A stretch of 64,000 nt of DNA, from the NCBI GenBank assembly GCA_018816345.1, contig JAHIWG010000139.1, positions 15,769-79,768 of the forward strand. The letters are read 5' to 3'. Below, in pieces: positions 1 through 9,295 of this stretch. Every line of letters begins with the position of its first letter. Within the stretch, counting starts at the first letter, position 1. The notes below the pieces were generated by a model, which was given only the letters and a program-made list of their open reading frames with translations, had not been told where the DNA came from and made no database searches. The stretch comes from Spirochaetota bacterium (GTDB taxonomy: Bacteria > Spirochaetota > Spirochaetia > Treponematales > UBA12059). The translations under genes and the position numbers were made by a program.

Positions 1-340
1 TCTTCTTGCGGTCGACGTTGATGCCCTTCTTGAGGAGCTCGTCGGCGACCGACGCGTTGGATACGGCGCCGAAGAGCTTGCCGTTGGCTCCGGCGGGCAT
101 GTCGAACACCAGCTCGTCGGCCTCGAGCTTAGTCTTGAGGTCGGAGCTGGAGGCGCGCTTCTCGGCCTTGCGCTGCTCTATCTCGGCCTTGCGCTTCTCG
201 AACATCGCGACCGTAGACGGGCTGTACGGGAATACGAGGCCGCGGGGCAGGAGGAAGTTGCGGGCGTAGCCTGCGGCGACGTCCTTCACGTCTCCGAGCT
301 CTCCCAGGTTGGGAACGTCGTTGTTGAGGATTACCTTCAT
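1..340 (-). CDS. rplI: 50S ribosomal protein L9, N-terminal part (3' end runs off the window)
   Basis: Reverse translation from the ATG at 338-340 gives MKVILNNDVPNLGELGDVKDVAAGYARNFLLPRGL..., a classic L9 N-domain. It is absent from the ORF track only because it is truncated at the window edge. It is the last gene of the rpsF-ssb-rpsR cluster. Confidence 0.9.
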   Translation of the reverse strand, partial: MKVILNNDVPNLGELGDVKDVAAGYARNFLLPRGLVFPYSPSTVAMFEKRKAEIEQRKAEKRASSSDLKTKLEADELVFDMPAGANGKLFGAVSNASVADELLKKGINVDRKK

Positions 341-1335
341 GGTGTATCTCCTTTGGTTACTGCACGGAACGGGATCCAGGTCTCTAAGGTACCGAGCAAA
401 GCCAGGAATCCGACGGCTATTAAGCCGGCCACCCCGCTCGCGAGGAGCAGGATGAGCGCGATCGGACCGAGGAATCGCAAGGCAGGGGCCAGGCCGACGC
501 GTTCGGCGAGCGCGCCGGCGACGGCGATACCTTGGACGCCGTAGCAGATCGATAAAGCTAAGGCCGCGTTCAACGCGACCGCCGAAAGAACGAGTGACGG
601 AAAGAACCGGTTGGCGAGGAGGCCCGCCCAGGAGGCGAGCAGCGCCCAGACCAGGTAGTCCGGGACCTTATACGACGAGAGCGACGATGGGGGCGAAGCT
701 ATTCCGCGCCCCGCATCCGCTTCCGGCGCTTCCACGGCCGGTACATCGACGGCCTTGCGGCCCGCGCCGAGGCGGGAGCCCATCCAGGCGCTCAGGAACA
801 GGAACAGGAACATGACGGCGCCGTAGCTCGAGGCTACCCCGGTCTTGAGCGCCGTCCATAGGAGCTCGGGATCGAGGCCCGCGGCCCCTATCGCGTCGCC
901 GGTCTTCTCGAACGCCTCGATGAACATCGCGCGAACTGAAGGCTCTTTAATCGCGGCGAAAATAGAGGGCAGGCTTAGGGCCGACGCCGCGGCCGCCCCG
1001 AGCAGGGCCCGGGGCGCGAAGGAAAGGCGCCCTAGCCGCGGCGAGGCCATTCCCGCGAGGGCGACTATCATGGCTATTGGGGCCAGAACGCCGATAGCGA
1101 GGGTGCCGACGCTCACGACGCCGGCCCTCGCCAGCAGCGCGAACTGCCAGATAGCGATGACGACGGCCGACGAGGCGGAACTCGCTACCATAGCCCTATG
1201 GCCCTTCCTAGCGCCGGAGAACTGGATCGGCACGAGGAACAGCGGCATGAGGGCCACCGTGCTATAGAGGACGGCGGATAGCGCCCCGGCGATCACGGGC
1301 ATCGCGTAGGGCTTGAGTCGGGCCTCGGCGGTCAC
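337..1335 (-). CDS. Polytopic membrane protein, DUF2232/YybS-like
   Basis: 332-aa ORF that is hydrophobic throughout with multiple predicted TM helices. It sits between rpsR and rplI, where yybS lies in Firmicutes. Its stop overlaps the rplI start by 4 nt. The start is uncertain: GTG at 1335 or ATG at 1302. Confidence 0.6.
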   Translation of the reverse strand: MTAEARLKPYAMPVIAGALSAVLYSTVALMPLFLVPIQFSGARKGHRAMVASSASSAVVIAIWQFALLARAGVVSVGTLAIGVLAPIAMIVALAGMASPRLGRLSFAPRALLGAAAASALSLPSIFAAIKEPSVRAMFIEAFEKTGDAIGAAGLDPELLWTALKTGVASSYGAVMFLFLFLSAWMGSRLGAGRKAVDVPAVEAPEADAGRGIASPPSSLSSYKVPDYLVWALLASWAGLLANRFFPSLVLSAVALNAALALSICYGVQGIAVAGALAERVGLAPALRFLGPIALILLLASGVAGLIAVGFLALLGTLETWIPFRAVTKGDTP

Positions 1336-1341
1336 GGTCTA

Positions 1342-1647
1342 TTACTTCGTCACGTACGGGATATACGCGAGGGCGCGAGCGCGCTTGATGGCGACGGCCA
1401 GCCTTCGCTGGTGCTTGGCGCACGAGCCGGTGATCCTGCGCGGCAGGATCTTTCCCCGCTCGGTGATGAAGCGCTTGAGGGTCTCCGGATCCTTATAGTC
1501 GATCTTGAGCTTCTGGGCGCAGAACTTGCACACCTTCTTGCGGAAGAAGCCCTTGCGACCGCCGCGACCGCCGCGGTCGTCGCCTTCGCGACGAGAATCG
1601 TCGTTGCGTGATCCGCGATCGTCTCTTCCCTGGTTCATATCGGACAT
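1342..1647 (-). CDS. rpsR: 30S ribosomal protein S18
   Basis: Core sequence [10 protein letters not shown]...[49 protein letters not shown]. It carries an Arg/Gly/Asp-rich N-terminal extension of about 35 aa. Confidence 0.95.
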   Translation of the reverse strand: MSDMNQGRDDRGSRNDDSRREGDDRGGRGGRKGFFRKKVCKFCAQKLKIDYKDPETLKRFITERGKILPRRITGSCAKHQRRLAVAIKRARALAYIPYVTK

Positions 1648-1679
1648 AGATAGTCTCCTTAGATTGCTGCCGCTCTGCG

Positions 1680-2147
1680 TTAGAACGGGATGTCGTCCGA
1701 GAAATCGTCGGACGCGGGAGCCTGGGCCGCCGGGCCTTGCTGTCGGCCGCCTTCTCGCGGCTGATACTCGCGGGGCCCGTCCTGAGCTCCTTGCGAACCT
1801 CCGTACTGCTGCCCGCCGGCCGAGTTCGAGCCGAGGAGCTGCACGGTATTCGCGTTAATGATTACCTTCATTCGGGACTGGCCGTCCTGTTCCCAGCGAT
1901 CCTGGCGCATCGAGCCCTCGATCGCCACCAGTTTTCCCTTGACGAGATACTGGTTGATCGACTCCCCTTGCTTGCCCCAGAGGTCGACGTCCCAGAAGCT
2001 GGCTTCGTCTACCCACTGGTCGCCCTTCTTCTTCCTGGAGCTCGTGGCTACGGAGAAGTGGCAGACGGCCTGCCCCGAGTTGGTGTACTTGAGTTCCGCA
2101 TCGCGGGTCAGCCTACCTACGAGGACTGCTACGCTGAGATCGGCCAT
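1680..2147 (-). CDS. ssb: Single-stranded DNA-binding protein
   Basis: OB-fold N-terminus ([26 protein letters not shown]...), a Gly/Gln-rich linker and the canonical acidic tip DDIPF. Confidence 0.95.
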   Translation of the reverse strand: MADLSVAVLVGRLTRDAELKYTNSGQAVCHFSVATSSRKKKGDQWVDEASFWDVDLWGKQGESINQYLVKGKLVAIEGSMRQDRWEQDGQSRMKVIINANTVQLLGSNSAGGQQYGGSQGAQDGPREYQPREGGRQQGPAAQAPASDDFSDDIPF

Positions 2148-2160
2148 CGCGTCCCTCCCG

Positions 2161-2442
2161 TTAGTCTTCTGCCCGGACGAAAAGGTACTTGAGGATGTTC
2201 GGCTCGAGCTTGAACACCTTCTCCGCGGCGACGAGCTTCTCGGGCGGCATATTGGCGAAGAAAATCGCGTAGCGGCCGCGCATCTTGCCCTTGACTTCGT
2301 AGGCTAGCGCCCGCTCGCCGAGCTCCTCTTCCTTCACGATCTCTCCGCCGTTCGCCTTGAGCGTAGCGGAGACCGTTTCCTTCGCCTGACGGTAGAGTTC
2401 CTCTTCCGTCGGAAAGATTACTGTTAGTTCGTAGGGTCGCAT
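2161..2442 (-). CDS. rpsF: 30S ribosomal protein S6
   Basis: MRPYELTVIFPTEEE...YAIFFANMPPEKLVAAEKVFKLEPNILKYLFVR. It is the first gene of the rpsF-ssb-rpsR cluster. Confidence 0.95.
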   Translation of the reverse strand: MRPYELTVIFPTEEELYRQAKETVSATLKANGGEIVKEEELGERALAYEVKGKMRGRYAIFFANMPPEKLVAAEKVFKLEPNILKYLFVRAED

Positions 2443-2518
2443 CGATCCTCCCTGTGGTCTTTTGATCCGTCCTAAAGGACGGATAAGGAGTCGCGCCGCC
2501 GAAAATAGCGGCGCAAAT
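2443..2518 (-). promoter_or_regulatory. Structured 5' leader of the rpsF operon (two hairpins plus SD)
   Basis: On the minus strand there is a 7-bp hairpin (2493-2499 pairs with 2508-2514) and an 8-bp hairpin with a tetraloop (2465-2472 pairs with 2477-2484). GGGAGG lies just upstream of the ATG. Confidence 0.4.
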
Positions 2519-2524
2519 CGGGCG

Positions 2525-2554
2525 ATTATATAGTAGAACGAGGGCTCGGTTCAA
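2525..2554 (-). promoter_or_regulatory. Sigma70-type promoter for rpsF operon
   Basis: Minus strand reads TTGAAC (2549-2554), an 18-nt spacer, then TATAAT (2525-2530). Confidence 0.5.
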
Positions 2555-2582
2555 GGCTTCGGCCTATAATTCCGCCAGGCGC

Positions 2583-2611
2583 TTTACCGAGAGCCCCTGG
2601 CGGGCTACAAT
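2583..2611 (+). promoter_or_regulatory. Sigma70-type promoter placing the TSS at the ATG of the 2618 ORF (leaderless candidate)
   Basis: TTTACC (2583-2588), 17-nt spacer, TACAAT (2606-2611), then 6 nt to the ATG at 2618. No SD is present. Confidence 0.45.
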
Positions 2612-2617
2612 ACCTAT

Positions 2618-3061
2618 ATGCCGCATGTAATACACTACGAGGACGATTTCTTCATCGTGGACGGCCTGGTCCGAGTCGTCTGCGACGCCGCGAGGCTCGA
2701 GCCCGACGCCGATATAATCGGCGACGCCGTGATATCCGCCGCCAGGCTCGCGGACGCCACCCTAAGGCGCGTCAAGGACGTTATCCTCCAGAACGAGCAC
2801 CTCGTCGACAGGGCCGAGTGCCTGCGCCTGCTCGCGAGGACGACGCGCGCCTTCGCGGACGCCCTCTCCGATCTGGCGCGCCCTGGATCCCCGCTGGAGC
2901 AAACCTTCGCGAGCTCCTCGGACGAGCTGGAGCGCGTCGCCGCCGCGCACAGGGCGGCGGCCGCCGAGCTCAGGGACGTGCTCCACGCCACCTCCGGAGG
3001 CGACGACTCCCCGGAGGATCACGTATCCGGGGACGAGCTGTCGGAGCTGCTACGCGCCTGA
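2618..3061 (+). CDS. Hypothetical acidic protein (147 aa)
   Basis: Intact ORF with GC-rich third codon positions and the promoter directly upstream. I recognise no family. Confidence 0.55.
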   Translation: MPHVIHYEDDFFIVDGLVRVVCDAARLEPDADIIGDAVISAARLADATLRRVKDVILQNEHLVDRAECLRLLARTTRAFADALSDLARPGSPLEQTFASSSDELERVAAAHRAAAAELRDVLHATSGGDDSPEDHVSGDELSELLRA

Positions 3062-3092
3062 CGCGACGGATCCGCGGGACGGCTAGAAGAGG

Positions 3093-3854
3093 CTAGAAGA
3101 GATATCGCTCCATCTCTGCGAGGCCGCCTATGGTCAAGTCGGGGTCTATGGCGTCGAATACGTCCGTCAGGTCGGAGAGCACCCTGCACAGCCCTCCCGT
3201 CGCTATGACCTTGGCGCCGCCGAGCTCCTTCGTGATCCTTCCGACGAGGTACTCCACGAGGCCCGTATAGCCGAGCACGACGCCGGCCTGGATAGCCTCG
3301 ACGGTATTCCTGCCCATGGCGGACGCGGGGGCCTCCAAGGGAACCGAGGGCAGCTGGGCCGTCGCGCTGGAGAGCGATCCGGCGGCCGTGCCGAGCCCGG
3401 GGGCTATGGACACGCCTATGATAGACCCCGAGGAATCCACGGCGGTGAACGTGAGGGCGGTGCCGAAGTCGACGACGAGGCACGCCCCGCCGAACCTCGC
3501 CCACGCGGCGACGGCGTCGGCGACCAGGTCCGAGCCTATCTCGTGGGCCGCCACGACGCGCACCGGGAGCTTGCCGTAGACCGTCGGGCCGAGCAGCACG
3601 GGTTCCACGCCGAAAAGATGCCGCGCCATCTTTTCCATGGCCGCGGTCAGCTGCGGCACGACGGAGCTGATGATGACCCGGCTAATGGCGGCGGCTGCTA
3701 TGCCCCTATCCAGGAGGATGGCCTTGACGACGACGCCGTACTCGTCCTCGGTCTTGCCCTGGACGGTCCTTATTCGTAGAGTATCCACGAGCCGGCCCGA
3801 ATCGTAGACCCCGCCGACTATATTGGTATTGCCTGCATCTATGACGAATAACAT
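3093..3854 (-). CDS. coaX: Type III pantothenate kinase
   Basis: Starts MLFVIDAGNTNIVGGVYD and has ...GTALTFTAVD... and ...ATGGL..., matching the CoaX/ASKHA fold. The ORF-track start at 4040 was trimmed to the internal ATG at 3854, which matches the family N-terminus. Confidence 0.9.
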   Translation of the reverse strand: MLFVIDAGNTNIVGGVYDSGRLVDTLRIRTVQGKTEDEYGVVVKAILLDRGIAAAAISRVIISSVVPQLTAAMEKMARHLFGVEPVLLGPTVYGKLPVRVVAAHEIGSDLVADAVAAWARFGGACLVVDFGTALTFTAVDSSGSIIGVSIAPGLGTAAGSLSSATAQLPSVPLEAPASAMGRNTVEAIQAGVVLGYTGLVEYLVGRITKELGGAKVIATGGLCRVLSDLTDVFDAIDPDLTIGGLAEMERYLF

Positions 3855-3983
3855 GGCGCAATAATCCCCCCTTGACGGCGGCGCTGTCAAGGCGGAGCGA
3901 CATACGGGGCCCGCGGCGAACGCGACGCTTGCGCAGGGAGCCGCGCGTAGGCCATACTCTTTTATATCGTAGGAGAAGATAGC

Positions 3984-5291
3984 ATGTCCGAAATAATTCA
4001 GCCGCGAGTGCTCAAGGGATTCCGGGATTTCCTGCCTCAAGCGGAAATGGAGCGGGCCGCCCTAGTCGAAGCCTTGACGGCTACGTTCAGGAGCTCCGGT
4101 TTCGTGCCTATAGATACCCCGGCGCTAGAGTATTCCGAGATACTCCTCGGCAAGGCCGGAGGCGAGACGGAGAAGCAGATCTATCGCTTCGCCGACAACG
4201 GCGGCCGAGACGTAGCGCTTCGCTTCGACCTCACCGTGCCGCTGGCCCGGTTCATGGCGGAGCACTCGAGCGAGCTGTACCTGCCCTTCCGGCGCTACCA
4301 TATGGCCAAGGTATGGCGTGGAGAGAACACGCAGCGCGGTAGGTACCGCGAGTTCATGCAGTGCGATTTCGACATAGTCGGCGTCGACACGGCTTCCGCC
4401 GATTTCGATATAGTCTCGACGATCGCCCTGGCGATGCGCGCCCTAGGCGTGCCGGGCGCGGCCATCCACGTCAATCATCGCGGCGTTTTCAACCGTTTCC
4501 TGGAGAAGGCCGGAATCGCCGATAAGTCGGTAGAGACGCTCCGGGTCGTCGACAAGCTGTCCAAGATAGGCGCCGCCGAGACGAGGACTCTCCTGGCGGA
4601 ACTCGTCGGCGGCAGCGCCGCCGACGAGATACTCGAATTCATCCGCGGCGGCGAGGGCTTCGAGGCTACCCTCGCCCGCATGACCGCGATAGCGGGCGGG
4701 CCCAACCCCGACTCGGATAGGCTCGCGGAACTGTTCGAGATGGCGGACGCGTGCGGCCTCGGCGGCTCGGTGCGCCTCGCGCCGAGCATCACGAGGGGAC
4801 TCGACTACTATACCGGCGTCGTGTTCGAGACTTTCCTTGCCGAGATCCCGGAGATCGGCTCCGTCTGCTCCGGCGGGCGCTATAACGACCTCGCGTCGCT
4901 CTACACGAAGCAGCGGCTTCCTGGCGTAGGCGCCGCTATCGGCCTGGACAGGCTGCTCGCCGCGCTCGAGGCCATCGGCAAGTCCGCGAAACCGGCCGGA
5001 TACACCAAGGTGCTCGTGGTTAACGCCGACCCGTCGCTATGCGCCGAGTACCAGGCCGCGGCCGCGTCCCTCCGAGCCGCCGGCGTAGCCTGCGAGGTCT
5101 TCCCGGAGGCTCGCAAGCTCGGGCAGCAATACGCCTACGCCGAGATCAAGGGCGCGCGGTTCGCTCTCGTGCGAGGCCCCGAAGAAAAGGCCCGCGGCGC
5201 TTGGCTGCTCAGGAACCTATCCGATCGGTCCAACGCCGAGTACGATAGCCTCGAGGCCGCGCTCGCGGCTCTCTCGGCGCTCGAGGGCTAG
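3984..5291 (+). CDS. hisS: Histidine--tRNA ligase
   Basis: Class II aaRS motifs: PRVLKGFRDFLP, RYHMAKVWRGENTQRGRYREFMQCDFDIVG, GGRYNDL. An AGGAGAAG SD lies upstream. Confidence 0.95.
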   Translation: MSEIIQPRVLKGFRDFLPQAEMERAALVEALTATFRSSGFVPIDTPALEYSEILLGKAGGETEKQIYRFADNGGRDVALRFDLTVPLARFMAEHSSELYLPFRRYHMAKVWRGENTQRGRYREFMQCDFDIVGVDTASADFDIVSTIALAMRALGVPGAAIHVNHRGVFNRFLEKAGIADKSVETLRVVDKLSKIGAAETRTLLAELVGGSAADEILEFIRGGEGFEATLARMTAIAGGPNPDSDRLAELFEMADACGLGGSVRLAPSITRGLDYYTGVVFETFLAEIPEIGSVCSGGRYNDLASLYTKQRLPGVGAAIGLDRLLAALEAIGKSAKPAGYTKVLVVNADPSLCAEYQAAAASLRAAGVACEVFPEARKLGQQYAYAEIKGARFALVRGPEEKARGAWLLRNLSDRSNAEYDSLEAALAALSALEG

Positions 5292-5292
5292 C

Positions 5293-5994
5293 GTGCTAGG
5301 AGGCTCCCGCCGCGGACGCCGGCTCGCGGCGTCCGTCGCGACGGCCGCGACGGCGTTCGCGGCGGCCGCCGCGACGGCGGGGTGTTCCGCCGCCCCGCCG
5401 GGCATAGCCGCCGTCGCCCCGAGGCTCGTCCTCGTCTCCACGGATCCCGAGGGCGGCCGCGACGAGCGCCTCTCTCTCTTCGCCTCCGTCTCGGACGGCG
5501 ACGGCGTCGCCGATATCGAGTACCTCTACGTCGTCCACGACGGCGAGGAGCTATGCTGGTCCCTGACGCCGGAGAATTGGCGGCGGAGCGACGAGGGCGC
5601 CGGCGTGTGGATAGGCGCCAACTCGCTCGACGCGCCGGGCCCGGCTATCCCGCGGGGCGCGTACCGCGTGATCGCGGTGGATATGGCCGGCGAGCGAGCG
5701 GAGCTGTCGTTCTCCCTGAGCGCGCCCGAGACGAGCGCCTACGATCCGCCGCGCGCCAGGCTCTCAGGAACGGCTATAGCGCTCGATTCAGGGTATCCTT
5801 CGAACACCGCGTTCTTCTACGATTCCGGCGGTAACGTCGCGCATACCGCGTCTATCTCGAACGGCGAGACGCCGCTCGACACTCTCTGGCCCGAGGGGCG
5901 ATGGCGCTCGGGCTCCGATTACGTTGCCGTCTACGGGTTCGAGCCCAAGGCGGAGATAGGATTCTTCTCATGGAAAATTCGCCTGCCGGATTGA
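5293..5994 (+). CDS. Putative lipoprotein (233 aa)
   Basis: N-terminal signal peptide with a lipobox-like ATAGC. The GTG start lies 1 nt after the hisS stop. The rest looks beta-rich and Ig-like. No family was recognised. Confidence 0.55.
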   Translation: MLGGSRRGRRLAASVATAATAFAAAAATAGCSAAPPGIAAVAPRLVLVSTDPEGGRDERLSLFASVSDGDGVADIEYLYVVHDGEELCWSLTPENWRRSDEGAGVWIGANSLDAPGPAIPRGAYRVIAVDMAGERAELSFSLSAPETSAYDPPRARLSGTAIALDSGYPSNTAFFYDSGGNVAHTASISNGETPLDTLWPEGRWRSGSDYVAVYGFEPKAEIGFFSWKIRLPD

Positions 5995-6680
5995 ACGGCC
6001 CCCTCTCCGCTCGCGAGGTCGGTATCCGTAGCTACGTCGTGCGCTCGGGGCGCATGACCGACATGCAGAAGGACGCCCTCGCCGGGCTCTATCCTAAGTA
6101 CGGCTTCGACTGGGATCCCGCCCGCACGCTCGGTCCGCTCGACATCCTGGGCCGCGAGTCGCCCTTCATCATCGAGATAGGCTTCGGAATGGGGACGGCT
6201 ACCGCGGACATAGCCGAGGCCTTGCCCGATTCCGCGTTCCTGGGGCTGGAGGTGCACGCGCCCGGAGTCGGCAAGCTGCTCTCCGAGATAGAGGCTAGGT
6301 CTATACGCAACCTTCGCGTCTGCAGGCACGACGCCGTCGAGGTCGTCGGATCGATGATAGCCCCGGCGACGGTGGACGGCTTCCACGTCTTCTTCCCGGA
6401 TCCCTGGCCCAAGAAACGGCACCACAAGCGACGCATCATGGGCGCGGGTTTCATCGGGCTGATGGCTAGCCGCCTCAAGGCGGGCGGGTATCTCTATTAC
6501 GTGACCGACTGGGAGGAGTACGCGGAGGCCACGCTCGAGGCGATGTCCGCCGAGCCGACGCTACGCAACGCCTACGAGGGCTGGGCCGAGAGGAAGCCGT
6601 GGCGCCCGATTACTAAGTTCGAGCGGCGAGCCATTAACGAGGGCAGGCCCGTCAGGGAGCTCGTCTTCGAGAAGCGCTAG
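5970..6680 (+). CDS. trmB: tRNA (guanine46-N7)-methyltransferase
   Basis: Motifs IIEIGFGMG...LGLEVH...FFPDPWPKKRHHKRR. The start was trimmed to the ATG at 5970. The upstream Arg-rich extension in the track is implausible. Confidence 0.9.
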   Translation: MENSPAGLNGPLSAREVGIRSYVVRSGRMTDMQKDALAGLYPKYGFDWDPARTLGPLDILGRESPFIIEIGFGMGTATADIAEALPDSAFLGLEVHAPGVGKLLSEIEARSIRNLRVCRHDAVEVVGSMIAPATVDGFHVFFPDPWPKKRHHKRRIMGAGFIGLMASRLKAGGYLYYVTDWEEYAEATLEAMSAEPTLRNAYEGWAERKPWRPITKFERRAINEGRPVRELVFEKR

Positions 6681-6699
6681 CGGGCCGGCGGCCCCGGCG

Positions 6700-9231
6700 C
6701 TACGCGAAGAACTCCGACAGTTTCCGGTAGAGGGAGCCGACGCGCTCCTTCTGCTCGGGGGTGGCTATCTCGGACACCTCGTCGACCAGCGACTCGAGGC
6801 TGGCCAGGCTCTCGTTAAGCGCGGTATGGAAGCCCCGCGATACGCGGAACCAGTAGGTGCCGGCCGTATCGGTGAACATCGCCACGAACCCGAGCTCGGG
6901 GTTCTTCGGCTTCCAGTATGACGCCTGTAGCACGTGGTCCAGCACGGCGACGAGTCCGTCCAGGTCTTCGTTGACGTTGAACTGCCTCTTCCTAGGCCAC
7001 TCCCGCTTCAGGTCGTTCTCCGGGTCGAGCCAGTGCGCGACGCGGAGTATCGTCTCCAGCTTCTCGCCGTCCATGATGCGGTCGCGGCCTATCGCGACGA
7101 CCCCAAGCATCCCCTTATACGCGAGCCCCGCGTCCGCGGGCAGGCCCTCCCTGGCGCGCTTGAATTTATCCCATTCGAGCACGGCCTTCTTGCGCTTCTT
7201 CTCGGAGACCAGGTCGAAGACCTCCCCTCCTATCTTGACGCGCTGGGTAAAGTCGCGGGCCTCCTCGAGCGCCGGCCTCTCGGGCTGAGGTATGTACTTC
7301 GAGCCCGCGGCGGCCCTGCCGCGCGGCGCCTGCGCCGGGGCCTCGGCCGGCCTGCGGCCCAGGAGCGTATCGGAGACGATCGGGGATATCCTGGCGAGCA
7401 TGCGCCGCTGCAGCGGGGAGACGCTCATGGCGTACATGCGCGTAGTCCGCACTATCTCGCCCGCGACGATGAAATCGGGATTCTCCTTGAACATCACCGA
7501 GCTAGGGTGTATCTGGACGCGCTCGGCCATGAGGGTCCGGAAGGTGCCGCGCTCCTGCCTCGCGCAGACGAACTGGATGAGGCCGCGGCTGACCGCGCAC
7601 AGGTAATCCTCCGTCGGGCCGCCGGACGAGATGGGTACGCCGAGGTCGTGCACTATGAGCTCTATCTGCTCCTTGATGCGCACTATCTCGAGCAGCGTGC
7701 GCTCGTCCAGGTAGCTTCGGTCGCAGAACTTGGCCTTGTTCTTGGCCTCGGCGAAGGCGCGGAACATCTTCAGGTACGACATGAAGTCGCCCGACGGGTC
7801 GCGGAAGGCGTGATGGGCCCGCCTGGCCTCCAGCTCCTCGCCCGGAGGCAGCACGTACGGGCTCGACGTCGATAGGAACGCCGCGGCGATGACGACCTCC
7901 TCCACGACGTCGGGATACTTGAGCACGGCCTCGACGATCATCCTCGAGAGGCGCGGCAGGAGCGGGAACGCGCACATCATCTGCCCGACCTTGGAGAGGC
8001 TACGGTCCGGCTCGAAGGCCTCGAGCAGGTTGAGCACGTCCATGGCCCCCAGCACCCCGGAGCGCGGCGGCTTGGATATGAAATCGAAGCGCTCGAAATC
8101 CGTTATGCCCAGCTCCGCCATGCGGAGCACGACCTCCGACAGGTCCGTTCGGTATATCTCCTCCATCGTGAAGAGCGAGCGGTTCTCGAAGTCGTCCCGG
8201 GTATAGAGCCTGTAGCAGAATCCCGGGGCGGTTCGGCCGGCCCTGCCCTTGCGCTGGTTGCACGAGGCCTTGGAGATGGGGACCTGCACGAGGCTGGCGG
8301 TATAGGTCTTGGGGTTGTAGAAATTGAGCTTCGCCTGGCCCGAGTCTATGACGCTCGTGACGCCGTCGATGGTAACGCTCGTCTCGGCGATGTTCGTCGA
8401 GATGATGACCTTCTTCTTGCCCAATGGAGCCTTGTCGAAGACTCTCTCCTGCTCGTCCTTGCCTAGGCGCGCGTACAGGGGGACTATGTGGATACGGTTA
8501 CGGCTATCGCTGGCGGCGAGCCTGACCATGCAGTCCTTGATCAGCCTCTCCCCCGGCAGGAATACTAGCATGTCGCCGTCCCGCCTGTCGCCGATGATCC
8601 TGTTCACTATCTGCTCTATCTTGTCGACGAGCGAGTCCGGGTTCCCCTCTATGGCTGGCGGGTCCCATACGACCGTCACGGGGAAGACCTGGGTCTCTAT
8701 CTTCACGATGGGGCAGTCCCCGAAATACGCGCTGAAAATCTCCGCGTTGATGGTGGCGCTCGACACTATCACCTTGAACTCGGGGCGCTCCTCGAGGACG
8801 CGCTTCAGGAGCCCTAGTATGAAGTCGATGTTAAGGCTGCGCTCGTGGGCCTCGTCCACCATGATGACGGAGTACTTGGAGAGCGCCGGGTCGAGCTTCA
8901 TCTCCTGGAGGAGGATGCCGTCGGTCATTATCTTGATGCGGGTCGAGAGGTTGGTCTTATCCTCGAAGCGCATCTTGTAGCCGACGCGGCCGGGCATAGG
9001 GGTTCCGAGCTGCTTGGATATGAACTCGCTCACGGAGATCGCCGCGATGCGCCTCGGCTGGGTGACGCCGATCATTCCTCCCTTGGAGTACCCCGCCTCG
9101 TCCAGGATTACAGGCAGCTGCGTCGTCTTCCCGGAGCCAGTGGGGCTCTCGACGACGATGACCTGGTTGGACTCGATCGCGTCGAGTATGCGCTGCTTCT
9201 GCTGATACACGGGAAGGCTGTTGTGATCCAT
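6700..9231 (-). CDS. ATP-dependent DEAH-box RNA helicase, HrpA/HrpB family (843 aa)
   Basis: GSGKTTQLP (motif I), DEAHERS (motif II), SATI (motif III), TNIAETSVTIDG and QRKGRAGR (motif VI), plus a helicase-associated C-terminal region. Confidence 0.88.
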   Translation of the reverse strand: MDHNSLPVYQQKQRILDAIESNQVIVVESPTGSGKTTQLPVILDEAGYSKGGMIGVTQPRRIAAISVSEFISKQLGTPMPGRVGYKMRFEDKTNLSTRIKIMTDGILLQEMKLDPALSKYSVIMVDEAHERSLNIDFILGLLKRVLEERPEFKVIVSSATINAEIFSAYFGDCPIVKIETQVFPVTVVWDPPAIEGNPDSLVDKIEQIVNRIIGDRRDGDMLVFLPGERLIKDCMVRLAASDSRNRIHIVPLYARLGKDEQERVFDKAPLGKKKVIISTNIAETSVTIDGVTSVIDSGQAKLNFYNPKTYTASLVQVPISKASCNQRKGRAGRTAPGFCYRLYTRDDFENRSLFTMEEIYRTDLSEVVLRMAELGITDFERFDFISKPPRSGVLGAMDVLNLLEAFEPDRSLSKVGQMMCAFPLLPRLSRMIVEAVLKYPDVVEEVVIAAAFLSTSSPYVLPPGEELEARRAHHAFRDPSGDFMSYLKMFRAFAEAKNKAKFCDRSYLDERTLLEIVRIKEQIELIVHDLGVPISSGGPTEDYLCAVSRGLIQFVCARQERGTFRTLMAERVQIHPSSVMFKENPDFIVAGEIVRTTRMYAMSVSPLQRRMLARISPIVSDTLLGRRPAEAPAQAPRGRAAAGSKYIPQPERPALEEARDFTQRVKIGGEVFDLVSEKKRKKAVLEWDKFKRAREGLPADAGLAYKGMLGVVAIGRDRIMDGEKLETILRVAHWLDPENDLKREWPRKRQFNVNEDLDGLVAVLDHVLQASYWKPKNPELGFVAMFTDTAGTYWFRVSRGFHTALNESLASLESLVDEVSEIATPEQKERVGSLYRKLSEFFA

Positions 9232-9237
9232 GCCTCT

Positions 9238-9265
9238 ATTGTAGTCGAACGGGCGCGATTATCAA
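9238..9265 (-). promoter_or_regulatory. Sigma70-type promoter for the helicase gene (leaderless candidate)
   Basis: Minus strand reads TTGATA (9260-9265), 16-nt spacer, TACAAT (9238-9243), then 6 nt to the ATG at 9231. Confidence 0.45.
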
Positions 9266-9288
9266 AGCACCCCCGCGCTCGCTATAAT
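9259..9288 (+). promoter_or_regulatory. Sigma70-type promoter for the transporter gene (leaderless candidate)
   Basis: TTATCA (9259-9264), 18-nt spacer, TATAAT (9283-9288), then 7 nt to the ATG at 9296. Its -35 overlaps the -35 of the divergent promoter. Confidence 0.45.
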
Positions 9289-9295
9289 GCGAGGC

